Shown here one piece after another: positions 24,251 through 35,525 of a stretch of DNA of 64,000 bases. Both the position numbers and the translations under genes were made by a program. Position 1 is the stretch's first letter. The number at the start of each line of letters is the position of its first letter. Source of the stretch: Vicugna vicugna (Eukaryota); contig MU058449.1 in NCBI GenBank assembly GCA_013265495.1, positions 544,176 to 608,175 of the forward strand, given 5' to 3'. The notes under the pieces are model-generated. The model saw only the letters and a list, made by a program, of their open reading frames with translations, was not told where the DNA came from and ran no database searches.

Positions 24251-24705
24251 TGTTACAGAGGGTTATGTATACTCAACATGCACGCTGTCACATCAGATGT
24301 GCCTAAACTATACAGTTAGGATGAGAAGGAAAAGGTTGTGGGCCAAGTCTGGGCTGGGCTAACTCATGAATTTTAAGTCTTACCTTGGACTGGTTTCGGG
24401 TTACTGCAAGCGACCCTTTGCTTCCGCTTTTATGATACTGCCTAGCTGTACTCACCTTACTGGTTGGTGGACCCCGAGTTTGCAGGCGACCCTTTGTTTC
24501 CGCTTTATACTGCCTAGCTGTGCTCACCCTGTTGGTTGATGGACCCCGAGCTTGTAAGCAACCCTGTAAAACCTCACTTACACTTCCCGGGGGCGCTCAG
24601 AGCTCCGGAGCGAGAGCCCCACTGAGCCCACCAGCATGATAAACCTGAGTACTCCAACCCTCCAAGTGGTATTTGTTTCTTCGCTGGCCTGCCATTTGTG
24701 TAACA
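24251..24705 (+). mobile_element. Young-looking ERV1-type solo LTR with internal ~75-bp tandem repeat
   Basis: Perfect 7-bp inverted termini TGTTACA/TGTAACA, CpG-rich, repeat units at 24405-24480, 24481-24552 and partial 24553-24565. Confidence 0.85.
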
Positions 24706-26169
24706 AGGATATATCATTAATAAAACACTATCAGTAACACCTGCAGCACTTCCCTGAAGTTGTAGGGGTTGTTCAAAACTTTCACCAGATCTTTAAAAAG
24801 TAGCTACAGTGTATAAAATCCTCTGGGTTTCCCAGCTAGGCAGCTCACAAGACCACTCTCTTCTCTCTTTTCCTTCTCCCCAGGGTCTGAGAGAATGAGG
24901 GACAGGAAGCCAATCCTAGCAGGAAGTTGATTAAAGATCGTTGATTGGGTCTCCATGGGGACCTCAGGCAGTTTTATAAAAATCAGGAAGTTAAAAATCC
25001 ACCCTCTAGTTTCTCCATTCCCCTCAGAGCTCTAGTTTTAACCTTCCTTCTCCTTTGTTGTTAAGGTTCGGAACCTCTGGGTTTAGTCTTGGTACATTAG
25101 GAGTCAACATAGTGAGAAGGTGTTCAGTGCTGAATTGTGGAACCAAGAAGAGGTCCCCGAAGGCTCAGCCTTGTCTTTGGAGAGGGAGAGAAATAAAGGG
25201 ATTCTGAGGCACAGGAAAGGCTGTAGAGGGTTCCCTGCTCAAGGTGGGACTGCTGGAGTCAGATCTTGCTTACTTCGTGGGATTTCAAGGCCTGGTTTTA
25301 GCACTAGCCCAGAGAGGAAAGAATAGCTCCCTCACATCTGCTCACTGCTTTAGTTTTGCCCCATGCATGGTGACAGTGGGAATATTGCTGAGACCCAGGG
25401 AGACAGGCCAATTTGGCAAGTGAACCTGAGGTGCAGGAAGGAGATGAGCTCAGTTACTCTAGGTTCAGTATCTGCCCTTTAGCATCAAACACAAGGTTAT
25501 AGAATCGGGAGTTATTTCCAAGAAGCAGAGAGATAGAGGGGCAGGAAGAAATGTGATCCTCTGGAGAAAAGCTCGACTGTGATATCAAAGGACATTTCCC
25601 TGAAGCACCACAGCATATGACTGATGGAATTAGAAGCAAGCATTGCACTTGTATAAGTCACTCTAGGAAGTGGTCTCCAAGAAGAGCAACTAGGGACAGA
25701 AAGGCATTTGTTAAATTTCCCACCCTTCTCTATCCTGGACAGCTACTTTTGGTGCTGGTCAGGAACAGTGAGATTCTCACCAGAACTGAGGAGGAATACT
25801 CTAAAGACCTTTAAATAAGAAGCCCTTAGAATAATTATCTTACTAAGATCTCTTTGGCCAACACACTGAAGGTGAAACCAAGCAGATATCTCCTGGCTTC
25901 ACTCTTCTGGATTTTTGCTTATATCCAAGTTCCCTCCTTCAACTCATCCTCATAAGTTCTCTCTTTCTGATTCCTGTTCTGCTCTACTCTCTTAAAACGT
26001 GACGCATAAGCTCTCATTCCAGAGAGGCTCCCTTGAGCTAATAGCTAAAAGAAGGTAGGGACTGACACTTTTGATAATTCTCTTCATCATTTGTCATTTA
26101 ATCTCCACCCATTTCAGACTGTCTTGACTTTAAAAACTGCCTGGATTTGTTAACCTTAATGTTTACAAA

Positions 26170-26410
26170 TTCTCAGACTATGCTTTGGAGCTCCAGAGAT
26201 TTAAGTTTGGATTCCAGCTCTGCCACTGACTGGCTGTACAATTTTAGGCACGTTATCAAATCCTCTAAGTTTTTCTCACCTTATTTGCAAATTGAGGTAA
26301 TGATGTTAACTTGCAAGGCTTTTCTAAGGTCTAAATGCTATTTCTTTTGCAACATTTTCGGTCCAGTGCCTGGCAAATTGTAGATGTTCACCAAGTATTA
26401 TAGTTCTTTC
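26170..26410 (+). mobile_element. MIR SINE
   Basis: ggattccagctctgccact.actggctgt..ccagtgcctggc. Confidence 0.8.
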
Positions 26411-26819
26411 TTCTTTACCACCCTACCTCATTTTCATGTCAAAAATACTTTCTGCCTTAGATTTTATGAGTTATATTGTTAACTACCACGTAGCTTGTCT
26501 GTCACTTACACATAAGTTTATCGCTTCTGAATTCACTCTGATGAATAATGTGCTGACCACTGATCACAGCCAAAGCAGAAACTGGGGAACACCGCATGAC
26601 AGTCAATCTGACCTTCAAGTGAACAGTAAGTTAATAACACTGGCTATTAATTTCATTGGAGTGGGGAAGAAAATGTCTGAGTATGTATTTGTGTGTATTT
26701 CCCCAGGAACTTTATTTATTCACTCAGCTAAAGAGCCGGCACTTTTTTTGAAGACCTATCAAGCCCTTCATTGTATGCTAGTCACTGATAGTTGACAGAA
26801 ACTTTTCATGTATGTGGGT

Positions 26820-27160
26820 AGAGCCTGGAATCTAGAAGAATGTCAGATCTTGATTCAAACCCCATTTTGGCCATTTTACTATGTCTTTGATCTTAGAAAT
26901 GTCTGTTTCTTCTAAGTCTCTGTTTCTTCATCTATAACATGATACTATTAATAGAACTTTATTCATAGGATTTTTTTAAAAGAGATAAAAGTATGCACAA
27001 AGTTAGTCGCAGCTAAGTAAGTAAAATTTAACTCTTAGTCATTCATTAAAAAAAGATTTGCTGGGCACTTGCCAGGTATAGGACACATTCTAAACACTAT
27101 CTTTTCAGAATTAAACAAAGCAAAGCCCCCACCCACTTTGAGCTCACATTGCAGTGGGAT
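26820..27160. mobile_element. MIR fragment followed by L2 3' end fragment
   Basis: tctctgtttcttcatctataa (MIR), then tcattcatt..tttgctgggcact..tgccagg..gagctcacatt (L2). Confidence 0.65.
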
Positions 27161-28581
27161 TATGAATGGAAGTGGACCGATCACTGCTCTGGAAGTCAAG
27201 AGGCTTAAATTGGCAAATGACTTCTGCCTAGTGACTGTCCTCTTCTGAGCCTTTTTCTCTCATTTACAGAAGAATGAGCCCCACCAGCATCCATGTCTTT
27301 TGTTCTGTGGACTCTCTCCGGCTCTGCCCTGTGACCAGGGGTGTGGTCAGATTGCTTCAGTATCTCCTCTCACGGAGGTTCACAGCAGGGAGCCTGCTGC
27401 TTTAGGGAATGGCTGTTACTGACTGGTATGAGGATCAGAGCTTTGATCTCTTACTCCAACAGTCAAGAATAACTTTACAGGCAGCTGTTCATGCACTCTG
27501 CAGTTCTCTCTGGAATTCTGTGAGCTGAGTAGCATTTATGAGCTATCTGCATCAAGCTAGGCTTGTACAGCAGGAAGATCAGAGGAGAAGGTAAGTGAAG
27601 GATTTGTCTGTATCTTACATTGGCAATGACATGTGGCCGATGAAGTTAAACAAAAATAGACAGAAGGTAGGAAGGAAGGAAGATAGGAGGGGAGAAAGGA
27701 AGGAGGAGAAGTGTATGGTCAGGCCACCCAAAATGGTTATTTGCTTTCTCTCTACATCCCCTGCCCCACCAGTCCCTGCTTCACCTACTTCGCACTCACA
27801 AGACTGACCTCTCGCCTTAATCTTAGAGCCTCATCAGTAAATACCTACATATTTGTCCCTGGCCCCAGTTAGTGATTGTTCTAATCTTTAGATCAGAATG
27901 GCTCCCCTTTGATAGTTTAACAAAGGGAAGACCTCTGACCTCTGCCCATTGAAGTCACTTAGCCCTAGGGGCTACAAGGGCCCTGCCAGTCTGCTGGTTT
28001 CCTCGAGAATCCAACAATCTGATGTGCCAATCTGAACTCAATTCCCCCCATAATGGATAGTCTCTTATTTTCCCTGGAGTGGGGACTGCTGCTGCTTCTG
28101 CTGTCCACGGTGGTAAACTATTGATGACTCTGTTGCTGACTCCAGGCTCTTTCTTTGGTCTTGAGGCTGGGCAAGCACAGGGCTCTCAGGCCTGCAGCGT
28201 GCAGCACAATAGGAGGAAAAAAGAAGGAAGGAGGGAGCAGAGGAAGGGAAGATGAAAGAAAGAAAAAAGGTAAAGAAAGAGCAAAGGACCTAAAATAAGA
28301 CAAAGGAAAAGAAGCTGAGAGAAAGGTTGAAAAGAAACATCAGTGAAAGTTTGAAACCTTATAAGAGGTAGGCTAATTTAAATACAGCCAACTTACATAT
28401 CTGCTATAGTGAAGTATAAGCACTATAGTGAGGATGCTCTGCACCTCTTAGCCTGAAGAAGCAAGGAGAAAAAATTTCAAAAACAAAAAATTTCTCTAAA
28501 AAAAATATTGAGAGGGAATCAAGGACCAGATGGAAATGACCTCTGGAGGAGACACACAGCTATAGGTCTGCTTGATCCTGA

Positions 28582-28611
28582 TCTCTCTCTCTCTCTCTCT
28601 CTTTTTTTTTT
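28582..28611. repeat. (TC)10 microsatellite plus T tract upstream of OR51G2 acceptors
   Basis: Directly visible. Confidence 0.9.
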
Positions 28612-28673
28612 AATAATTTCTTCCCAGGTACAATCACTAGCTTTTTCTCAAGTCATTTCAGGGATCTGGAAGG

Positions 28674-29645
28674 ATGCCACCTTCCCCCTTCCCCACACAC
28701 ACAATGATGCTGAGGTCCCTGGAGAACAGCAGCAGCACGTCCTCCACCTTCCTGCTGAGCGGCGTGCCTGGGCTGGAGCATGTGCACCTCTGGGTCTCCA
28801 TCCCGCTGTGCTTCATATACCTCGTTTCCATCCTGGGCAACTGCACCATTCTGTGTATCATTAAAACAGAGCCCTCGCTCCATGAGCCTATGTACCTCTT
28901 CCTGTCCATGCTGGCTCTGACCGACCTGGGTCTGTCCCTTTGCACCCTCCCTACAGTGCTAGGCATCTTTTGGATTGGGGCGCGTGATATTGGTCATGAT
29001 GCCTGTTTTGCCCAGCTCTTTTTCATTCATTGCTTGTCCTTCCTGGAGTCCTCCGTGCTACTGTCAATGGCCTTCGACCGCTTTGTGGCCATTTGTCGCC
29101 CCTTGCACTATGCGTCCATTCTCACCAACACCGTCATTGGCAGGATGGGCCTAGCCTCCCTGGGCCGCAGTGTAGTGCTCATTTTCCCATTACCTTTTAT
29201 GCTCAAAAGGTTCCCGTATTGTGGCTCCCCAGTCCTCTCACATCCTTATTGTCTCCACCAGGAAGTGATGAAGTTGGCCTGTGCAGACATCAGAGCCAAC
29301 AGCGTCTATGGCTTGTTTGTCATTGTTTCCACAGTGGGTGTAGATTCACTCCTCATTCTCCTCTCCTATGCCCTGATCCTGCACACCGTGCTGTCCATCG
29401 CATCCAGGGCCGAGAGACTCAAGGCTCTTAACACCTGTGTTTCCCACATCTGCGCTGTGCTCCTCTTCTACACTCCCATGATTGGCCTGTCTGTCATCCA
29501 CCGCTTTGGGAAGCAGGCGCCTCATCTGGTCCAGGTGATCATGGGCTTTGTGTACCTTCTCTTCCCTCCACTGATGAACCCCATCGTCTACAGTGTGAAG
29601 ACCAAACAGATCCGAGATCGTGTGACCCAAGCCTTTTGTTACTAG
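28674..29645 (+). CDS. OR51G2: Olfactory receptor 51G2 (intact; 323 aa from ATG 28674 or 313 aa from ATG 28704)
   Basis: Intact 7TM ORF. KRFPYCGSPVLSH, HRFGKQAPHLVQV and terminal QIRDRVT.AFCY match recalled human OR51G2. The start codon is ambiguous. Confidence 0.95.
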   Translation: MPPSPFPTHTMMLRSLENSSSTSSTFLLSGVPGLEHVHLWVSIPLCFIYLVSILGNCTILCIIKTEPSLHEPMYLFLSMLALTDLGLSLCTLPTVLGIFWIGARDIGHDACFAQLFFIHCLSFLESSVLLSMAFDRFVAICRPLHYASILTNTVIGRMGLASLGRSVVLIFPLPFMLKRFPYCGSPVLSHPYCLHQEVMKLACADIRANSVYGLFVIVSTVGVDSLLILLSYALILHTVLSIASRAERLKALNTCVSHICAVLLFYTPMIGLSVIHRFGKQAPHLVQVIMGFVYLLFPPLMNPIVYSVKTKQIRDRVTQAFCY

Positions 29646-29779
29646 CTGGGTCTAGTATTGGAGGCACTATTTCCTTAAATATGCCCTTATTTACTTACTC
29701 AACAAACAAGAAATCACAACTGTTACACAACTCTCCCTCTGGGACAGGGTTGGGGGGTAGGAAATTCACTGCAGTATGG

Positions 29780-30365
29780 TGTGGTAGATTCTGTTTTCCC
29801 AAAATGGCAAGAAATGTTTCCAATCCCACATTCTGTTCTAGAAACTTGTCATTCTTCCATCACTTCTCCCTTTGTAACTGGTTCTGACTTTGTAACAATT
29901 GAATGTTGTGGTGGTGACCCCGTAAGACTTCAAGGCTAGGTCATAAAAGGCAATATGGTACCCGTTCTCTCTTTCTTTCTCTATCCCCTTTCTATCTCTA
30001 CGTCTATAGGTCTATAGGCGTCTGTTCCTCTATCTATCTCACTCAATGCTTGCTTGCTTTTCAAAGCCAATCACCAGGCTGAGCAGAAGCCCAGACCACA
30101 TGGAGAGCCCACATATAGGGGTTTTAACCAATAGACCCAGCTGAGGTCTCAGCCTTAGCTGAGTCATTATCAACTACCAGTGAGTCAATAAATCTTTGAA
30201 CTGTTCCAACTCCCAACCTTCCTGACTCTCCAGCTGCCACCCAATGAAACAGACAATTAATCCTACTCTGAACCCAGTCCAGATCACAGATTTCTAAGCT
30301 AAATAAATGTTTGTTTTTCAGAGACACTGCATTTTGGGGTGGTTTGCTAGACAACTGTATGTTAC
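29780..30365 (+). mobile_element. MLT1-type MaLR LTR
   Basis: Begins tgtggtaga; contains aaggctaggtcataaaaggc, cccagctgaggtctcagcc, aataaatgtttgttt..ttttggggtggtttg. Confidence 0.8.
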
Positions 30366-31631
30366 TTATGTTAATCAAAGAAATAAATTGATTAATTAAA
30401 AAGAAATTGATATAGGAGCTAAAAGAAAGATATCTTCCTTGAGCTGGGGAAAGAGAGTGGCATGAAAGGGTTCCACGACATGGCCTAGCAGCCAACTGTA
30501 AGGGACACCTAGCAGTTAGGCAGCCAAATTGGAAAATTACAATCTGTAAGAACAGTGTGTGCAAAACTGAGAAAGAGGTGTGAGAGAGAGGACACTGTAA
30601 TCAGGGAAATATCTGAAATTGTCTTTGCTGTCACAGTTGTTCCCTGCAAGTCAAGGAAGGGTAGAGAATTATGGGGGTGGATGGCAGTGGGTGGTAAGAG
30701 GTTGAGGCACTAACCACATCAGAACAGTCATGAGCCAATGGACTGAAGAGAGAGAAACCCTTATAACTGACTATCTGTGCTTTACAATTGTACCTCCACA
30801 TTGCTCCAGATGAAAAATTATCTTTTGAGTAATATTTGTCAGTATAGAATCTGTAACTTTGGCTTGGAGGTATCTGTGAGGAAAGCAGGTCTAGATAAGA
30901 TGCTGCCAAGGAGAACTTTGAACATCTAGAGGGAAGCACGTTCCTGCCTGAGTTACTGCAGGGTCAAGAAAGGGAGTAGCAGAGGGAAGAAGACAAAATT
31001 CTCCATTATGACCTTTATGTGGAGCCAGTTCTCACTTGAGGTTAGTCTCATTTAAGGCTATCTAGCACGCTTGACGTTGAACTCTTGATGGGTCGTGCGC
31101 CAACCTCCCCACCAGTGCCTCATCCTGTCAGGCATGAGCAAGAGAGTGATTCTGAAATGGTGGTTTATGGGGACCTTGGCTGTCACCCTGTGGAGGATCC
31201 AAGATCAATTACACAGCAAATAGAATAAAAGAGAATATGTGTTTGAGTGTCATGGGTGGTTTACATCATGAGATGTAATCGTGTGTCTGTGTACACATAA
31301 AACCTCAGAAAAATCATAAAGCCCAGGCAAATTCTGAAGCATGCATACAGCTCCCAGCTGGATCTATATCCACGCTATCTATGTACCTGACATTTTAGTC
31401 CTCCTATGGGAGTCATGTTCTCTTATATCTTACAATGAATTAAAGAGTTATCATGATACACTGGTCAGTATACAATACTTGGAGTCAGGTTTGGAAGGTT
31501 CTACTTTCTATGTGACTTAGCAAAATTACTTTAATGTTATAAGCTCAGTTTTCTCTATCAATGTCATTCCCACAAGACTCTCTACACATTTTAAATATAT
31601 GATATAGATGAAAGTTTCAAAAAAAAATCTT

Positions 31632-31671
31632 AGCCTGTTTTTCAGCTCTAAAGCCTGTTTTTCAGCTCTAA
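31632..31671. repeat. Perfect 20-bp tandem duplication
   Basis: agcctgtttttcagctctaa x2. Confidence 0.95.
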
Positions 31672-31999
31672 ATAAATTGTAGTTACTTTCATGCCTAAAA
31701 TAAAACCAATAACACAGAGTAAAATCCATCAGTCATGAAGAATGTATAATAAGTCAAAGAGAGAGCCCTCCAACAGCCTGAGGGGGAGGAGAATCATGGG
31801 TTATTTTCCAGAGGGGCTGCCTTAGCTGAGTCTTTAAGAATAAGCGGTAGTTAGATCAACAAAACTGTGTGGCTGGAAGAACATTCCTTTGTTCCACAAA
31901 GGGCTGTTGAGTGAGCTCTTTTCTAGGCAAGGTCTGCATTCTAGGAATACAGAGGGCAAAAGAATGATGGATTGTGTTTTTGGCTTACATTTTGGTAAG

Positions 32000-33645
32000 A
32001 GAGACAGATAATAGCAAAGTGAATGGCTAACCATTTTAGTCAGTGCTAAGTGCTTTGAAGGAAGTAAAGTAGGGTAACAGGTGGAAAGTGATGGAGAAAT
32101 CTGTGAGCTGGGGAGGTCTCCATAAAGAGGGGATTTTCAAGCAAAATTCTAAATTATGCAACGGAGTGAGACATGAAAAGATTTAAAGGAAGAGCATTCC
32201 AAACAGGCAGAACAAGTGTCGAGGGCCTGAAATGGAAAAAAAGCGGAATGTTGTAGGAAAAGCACAAGGACCAGTGTGGCTAGAGCTAAGTTAGCAAGAA
32301 GCTACATTAACTGGTGGAAAATTATCAAGTAATTATTTGATATTAAAGACAGGAGAGAAGCGTGCTAGGCAAAGATGATATTTCAAGGTCACTGTCAGAA
32401 AAGATGCTTCATGTAGGAAGTTAAAACGTGACCATGAGAGGCAGTTTAACATGGTCTGAGGGACCCAGGATCAAGCGCTCATATCTAAGATCATAACAGC
32501 CTTTATGCATGGAATGTGGAACCAACCTCGTTCATTCATTTATTCATTCAACACTGAATGATTGACTTTCGTAAAGGTGACTTGTGATAAATTGGTAAAC
32601 AAGACACATTTGTTACCCTCAAAGAATTTATAGTCTAGTAGGGGTATCTAGAGTAGTTTAGTGTTTAGAATGCTCTACACATTGAGTCCTAAAGGTCAGG
32701 TTAGAGTTATCTACGTGAAAATGAGAAAAAATATAGTTCTCTACATAAAGCAAGTATTTTGGGAAAGAATCAAGAGATGCCAAAGAGCACTACTTGTTTA
32801 GAAACTATAAATAATTCTTGTTGAGAACCACCCAAGTGGTAGATTGAGAGAAGGGTATCCTGAGATGCAGCCAGGCACACACAGGGATCGAACTCACAGT
32901 GACTGTAGACTGAGTAATTCTTTCCACCAATTACTATTGCATATCTGCTTATTACCAGTCAATGTTCTTGGTTTCAGAAAAAAAAAACACTGTCCTCAGG
33001 AGCCTCAGATTCTGTTGATAAGCTCAGATATAGGCAAGTTATAAACCTGAGTAATAAATAAAGAAGACAGAATGTTGGATGATGAAAAGTGCAGTGAAGA
33101 AAAGTTAATGTAGGAAAGGGGTATTAGCTGTATTCAGCAAACCTGTATTTTTTTTCATTGAATAATATTTTATTTAAAAAAATTTTTTAATTGAAGTATA
33201 GTTGATATACAATCTTGTTTTAGTTTCTGGTGTGCAGCATAGTGATTCAGGCATACATATATATATTATTTTTCATATTCTTTTTCATTATAGATTATTA
33301 CAAGATATTAAATATAGTTCCATGTGCTAATTTTTAGATGGTCAAGAAAATCTTCTTTGAGGTGTTATTTCAAGGAAATGAAGAAGCGACACAAGGATAT
33401 CTTGGGGAAAGGATTCCATATGAAGAGAAGAGCATGTGCAAAACTTCAAAACAGGAACGTGTCTTGTATGTTTAAGGTAGGTTAAGACTCACAGTCTGGC
33501 ACAGTGAAAAAGAGAACACAGCAAGAAAAAGAGAAAGGGATATGGTGGTGATGATGTTACTTAAGCCACTAATAGAGATTTGGAATTTCAATTCAGAATG
33601 TAATGGGAAGTCATTGGAGAAGAGTGAGCAGGAATATAACATGGT
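32000..33645 (-). mobile_element. Fragmented L2 elements
   Basis: L2-like motifs ggaagagcattcca.acag, cattcatttattcattcaaca, aatgggaagtcattggag. Boundaries approximate. Confidence 0.5.
33184..33329 (-). mobile_element. Short L1 3' end
   Basis: ttttttaattgaagtatagttgat..aatatagttccatgtgcta. Confidence 0.85.
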
Positions 33646-33649
33646 ACCC

Positions 33650-34042
33650 TTTTTTTCCAGCTTTATGGAGGTATACTTGACAAATAAAATTTGTGTATAT
33701 TTAAGGTGTACAATGTAATGTTTTGATATATGTATGAATTGTGAGAGGGGGGAGGATATAGCTCAAGTGGTAGAGTGCATGCTTAGCATACATAGGGTCC
33801 TGAGTTCAATCCTGGGTTCAGTACCTCCTCCAGAAATAAATAAATAAGTAAACCTAATTACCTCCCCTCCAAAAACAAACAGAAAACGGTGAAATGATTA
33901 TACAATCAAGCTAACTAACACATCACTTTACATACTTACTTTTTTGTGATGAGAATACTTAAAATCAACTCTCTGAGCAAATTTTCAGTACACAATTCAG
34001 TTATGATTCACTTTAGACACCATACTGTATATTAGATCTCTG
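33650..34042 (-). mobile_element. L1MA-like 3' end interrupted by a SINE
   Basis: ccagctttatggaggtatacttgacaaataaaa..gtgaaatgatta..aatcaagctaa. Confidence 0.8.
33747..33886 (+). mobile_element. Camelid Vic-type tRNA-derived SINE
   Basis: ggggaggatatagctcaagtggtagagtgcatgcttagcat with Pol III A-box and B-box (gagttcaatcc), then aaataaataaataagtaaacctaattacctcccc and an A-rich tail. Confidence 0.85.
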
Positions 34043-34902
34043 AAGAGCACAAAGTTTCAGTTATGTTGGATGATTAAGTCCTGAAATTCTAATGCTACTC
34101 TTCTCACTAAATTATTTTAGTTGTGTTTCATTCTGCTATTTTTCAAAAATATGTCATTTATTTAATACATAATGAGCTTATTATAGTCATTTTAATAAAT
34201 TAATAAGAATTTAATGTTATCAATTTCCTCCCTCTCTACTCCACTGAATGGATGAATAGATGAAGAGTATAGCAAATTTATAGATTAAGATATGTCTCAG
34301 AAAGCAGTAGTGCAAAGAATAAAAAAGTTGACAGGAGACTTAACTGTGAGGTATGCATAAAGCTAACTGTGTGTATAGACCAAACCAAAGAATAGAAACA
34401 GCCCTTTTAATGAGAAGCCAATGAAGTATTTACCTAGGGAAGTACTATAGTCACATTTGCACTTGAAGATGTTCAGTCGGCCTATGATATAGAGAGAATG
34501 GATTAGGAACGGGGGTGGGAAGAGTTGATAAAGGAAGAACACGTAGGAAGCTGTTACAGCAATCCAGATAAGAACTCATCATGCCAAGTACCATGGTAGA
34601 ATCATCAAGAAAAGTGAACAGTATCAGGAGATATTTAGAAGAAAGAAATTTCATGACTTAAAATTTTCATGACTTTTTTCATACCTTGGCTGTATATTTA
34701 TTGGACTAAACAACAGGAAGAAACAGATGAAGTTGTCTTCCAGGTTTAAGCTTTGAAGAATTAAGTGTATAAGAGTTCTACTTAAGGAAATAAAGAATAC
34801 TTTATAAGGAACAGGCTTCAAGGGAGGAGTTAATCAATTGCATTTTGAAGATACTGATCTCCAGATGCCTGAGCTAACACAGAAAGTATGCAGTGGTTAA
34901 GA

Positions 34903-35178
34903 ATTCAGTTATAAGATGAATGAGTTCTGTGGGCGTAATGGACTGCATAATGACTAGAGTTAACTATGCTGCATTGCATATTGAAATATTGTTAAGAGAG
35001 TAGATTTAAAAATTTCTCAAACACACATAAAATAAATGTACCTCTCAGGTGATGGATAAGTGAACTAATGTTATTCAGTAATCACTTTGAAATATATACA
35101 TATAAAAAATCACTGCATTGTACTCCTTAAGCTGCACAATGTCATATGTCATATCTCTCTAAAGCTAAAAAGAAAAAA
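34903..35178 (+). mobile_element. L1MA-like 3' end
   Basis: cagttataagatgaatgagttctg..gttaagagagtagattt..aaagctaaaaa. Confidence 0.8.
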
Positions 35179-35216
35179 TTTATAGGATAAATGGAATAAA
35201 AGTACTCTTTAAACAA

Positions 35217-35222
<6 letters not shown>

Positions 35223-35258
<36 letters not shown>
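35223..35258. repeat. (AC)18 microsatellite
   Basis: Directly visible. Confidence 0.95.
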
Positions 35259-35266
<8 letters not shown>

Positions 35267-35269
35267 GAA

Positions 35270-35525
35270 CTCAGGTTCAGGAATAGACTAACATGAGTTG
35301 AATCCAGATCACATCACTTACTAGCTGTGTGTCCCAGGAAAGTTTTTTAGCCCTGAAAGCTCCTACCTTCTTATCTGTCAAATGGGGAGAAGTAATAGTG
35401 CCTCCTAATAGGTTAAAATAAGGAATAAATGTGATAAGGTACCGGATATTGTGTAAAGCATTTGGTATAATATATGGTAGTTAATAAATAATCAATAATT
35501 GTGAGATATTATTATGATTACTATT
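35270..35525 (+). mobile_element. MIR SINE
   Basis: gagttgaatcc..cacttactagctgtgtg..ttatctgtcaaatgggg. Confidence 0.8.

Noticed and set aside
24405..24565. Repeat units as a possible CRISPR-like or novel array
   Set aside because: Head-to-tail tandem units without unique spacers, inside a eukaryotic LTR.
22504..24710. aggat flanks the left of the first LTR and the right of the second, mimicking a provirus TSD
   Set aside because: The two LTRs are not similar to each other and the interval is resumed L1MC plus unique DNA with no PBS, gag or pol; likely coincidence.
31261..31278. Short inverted repeat ttacatc-atga-gatgtaa
   Set aside because: A 7-bp stem is expected by chance in 64 kb.
33749..33830. 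tRNA-like sequence with A and B boxes
   Set aside because: It is a SINE head: no complete cloverleaf, followed by a SINE body and A tail, with a second degenerate copy at 15.6 kb.
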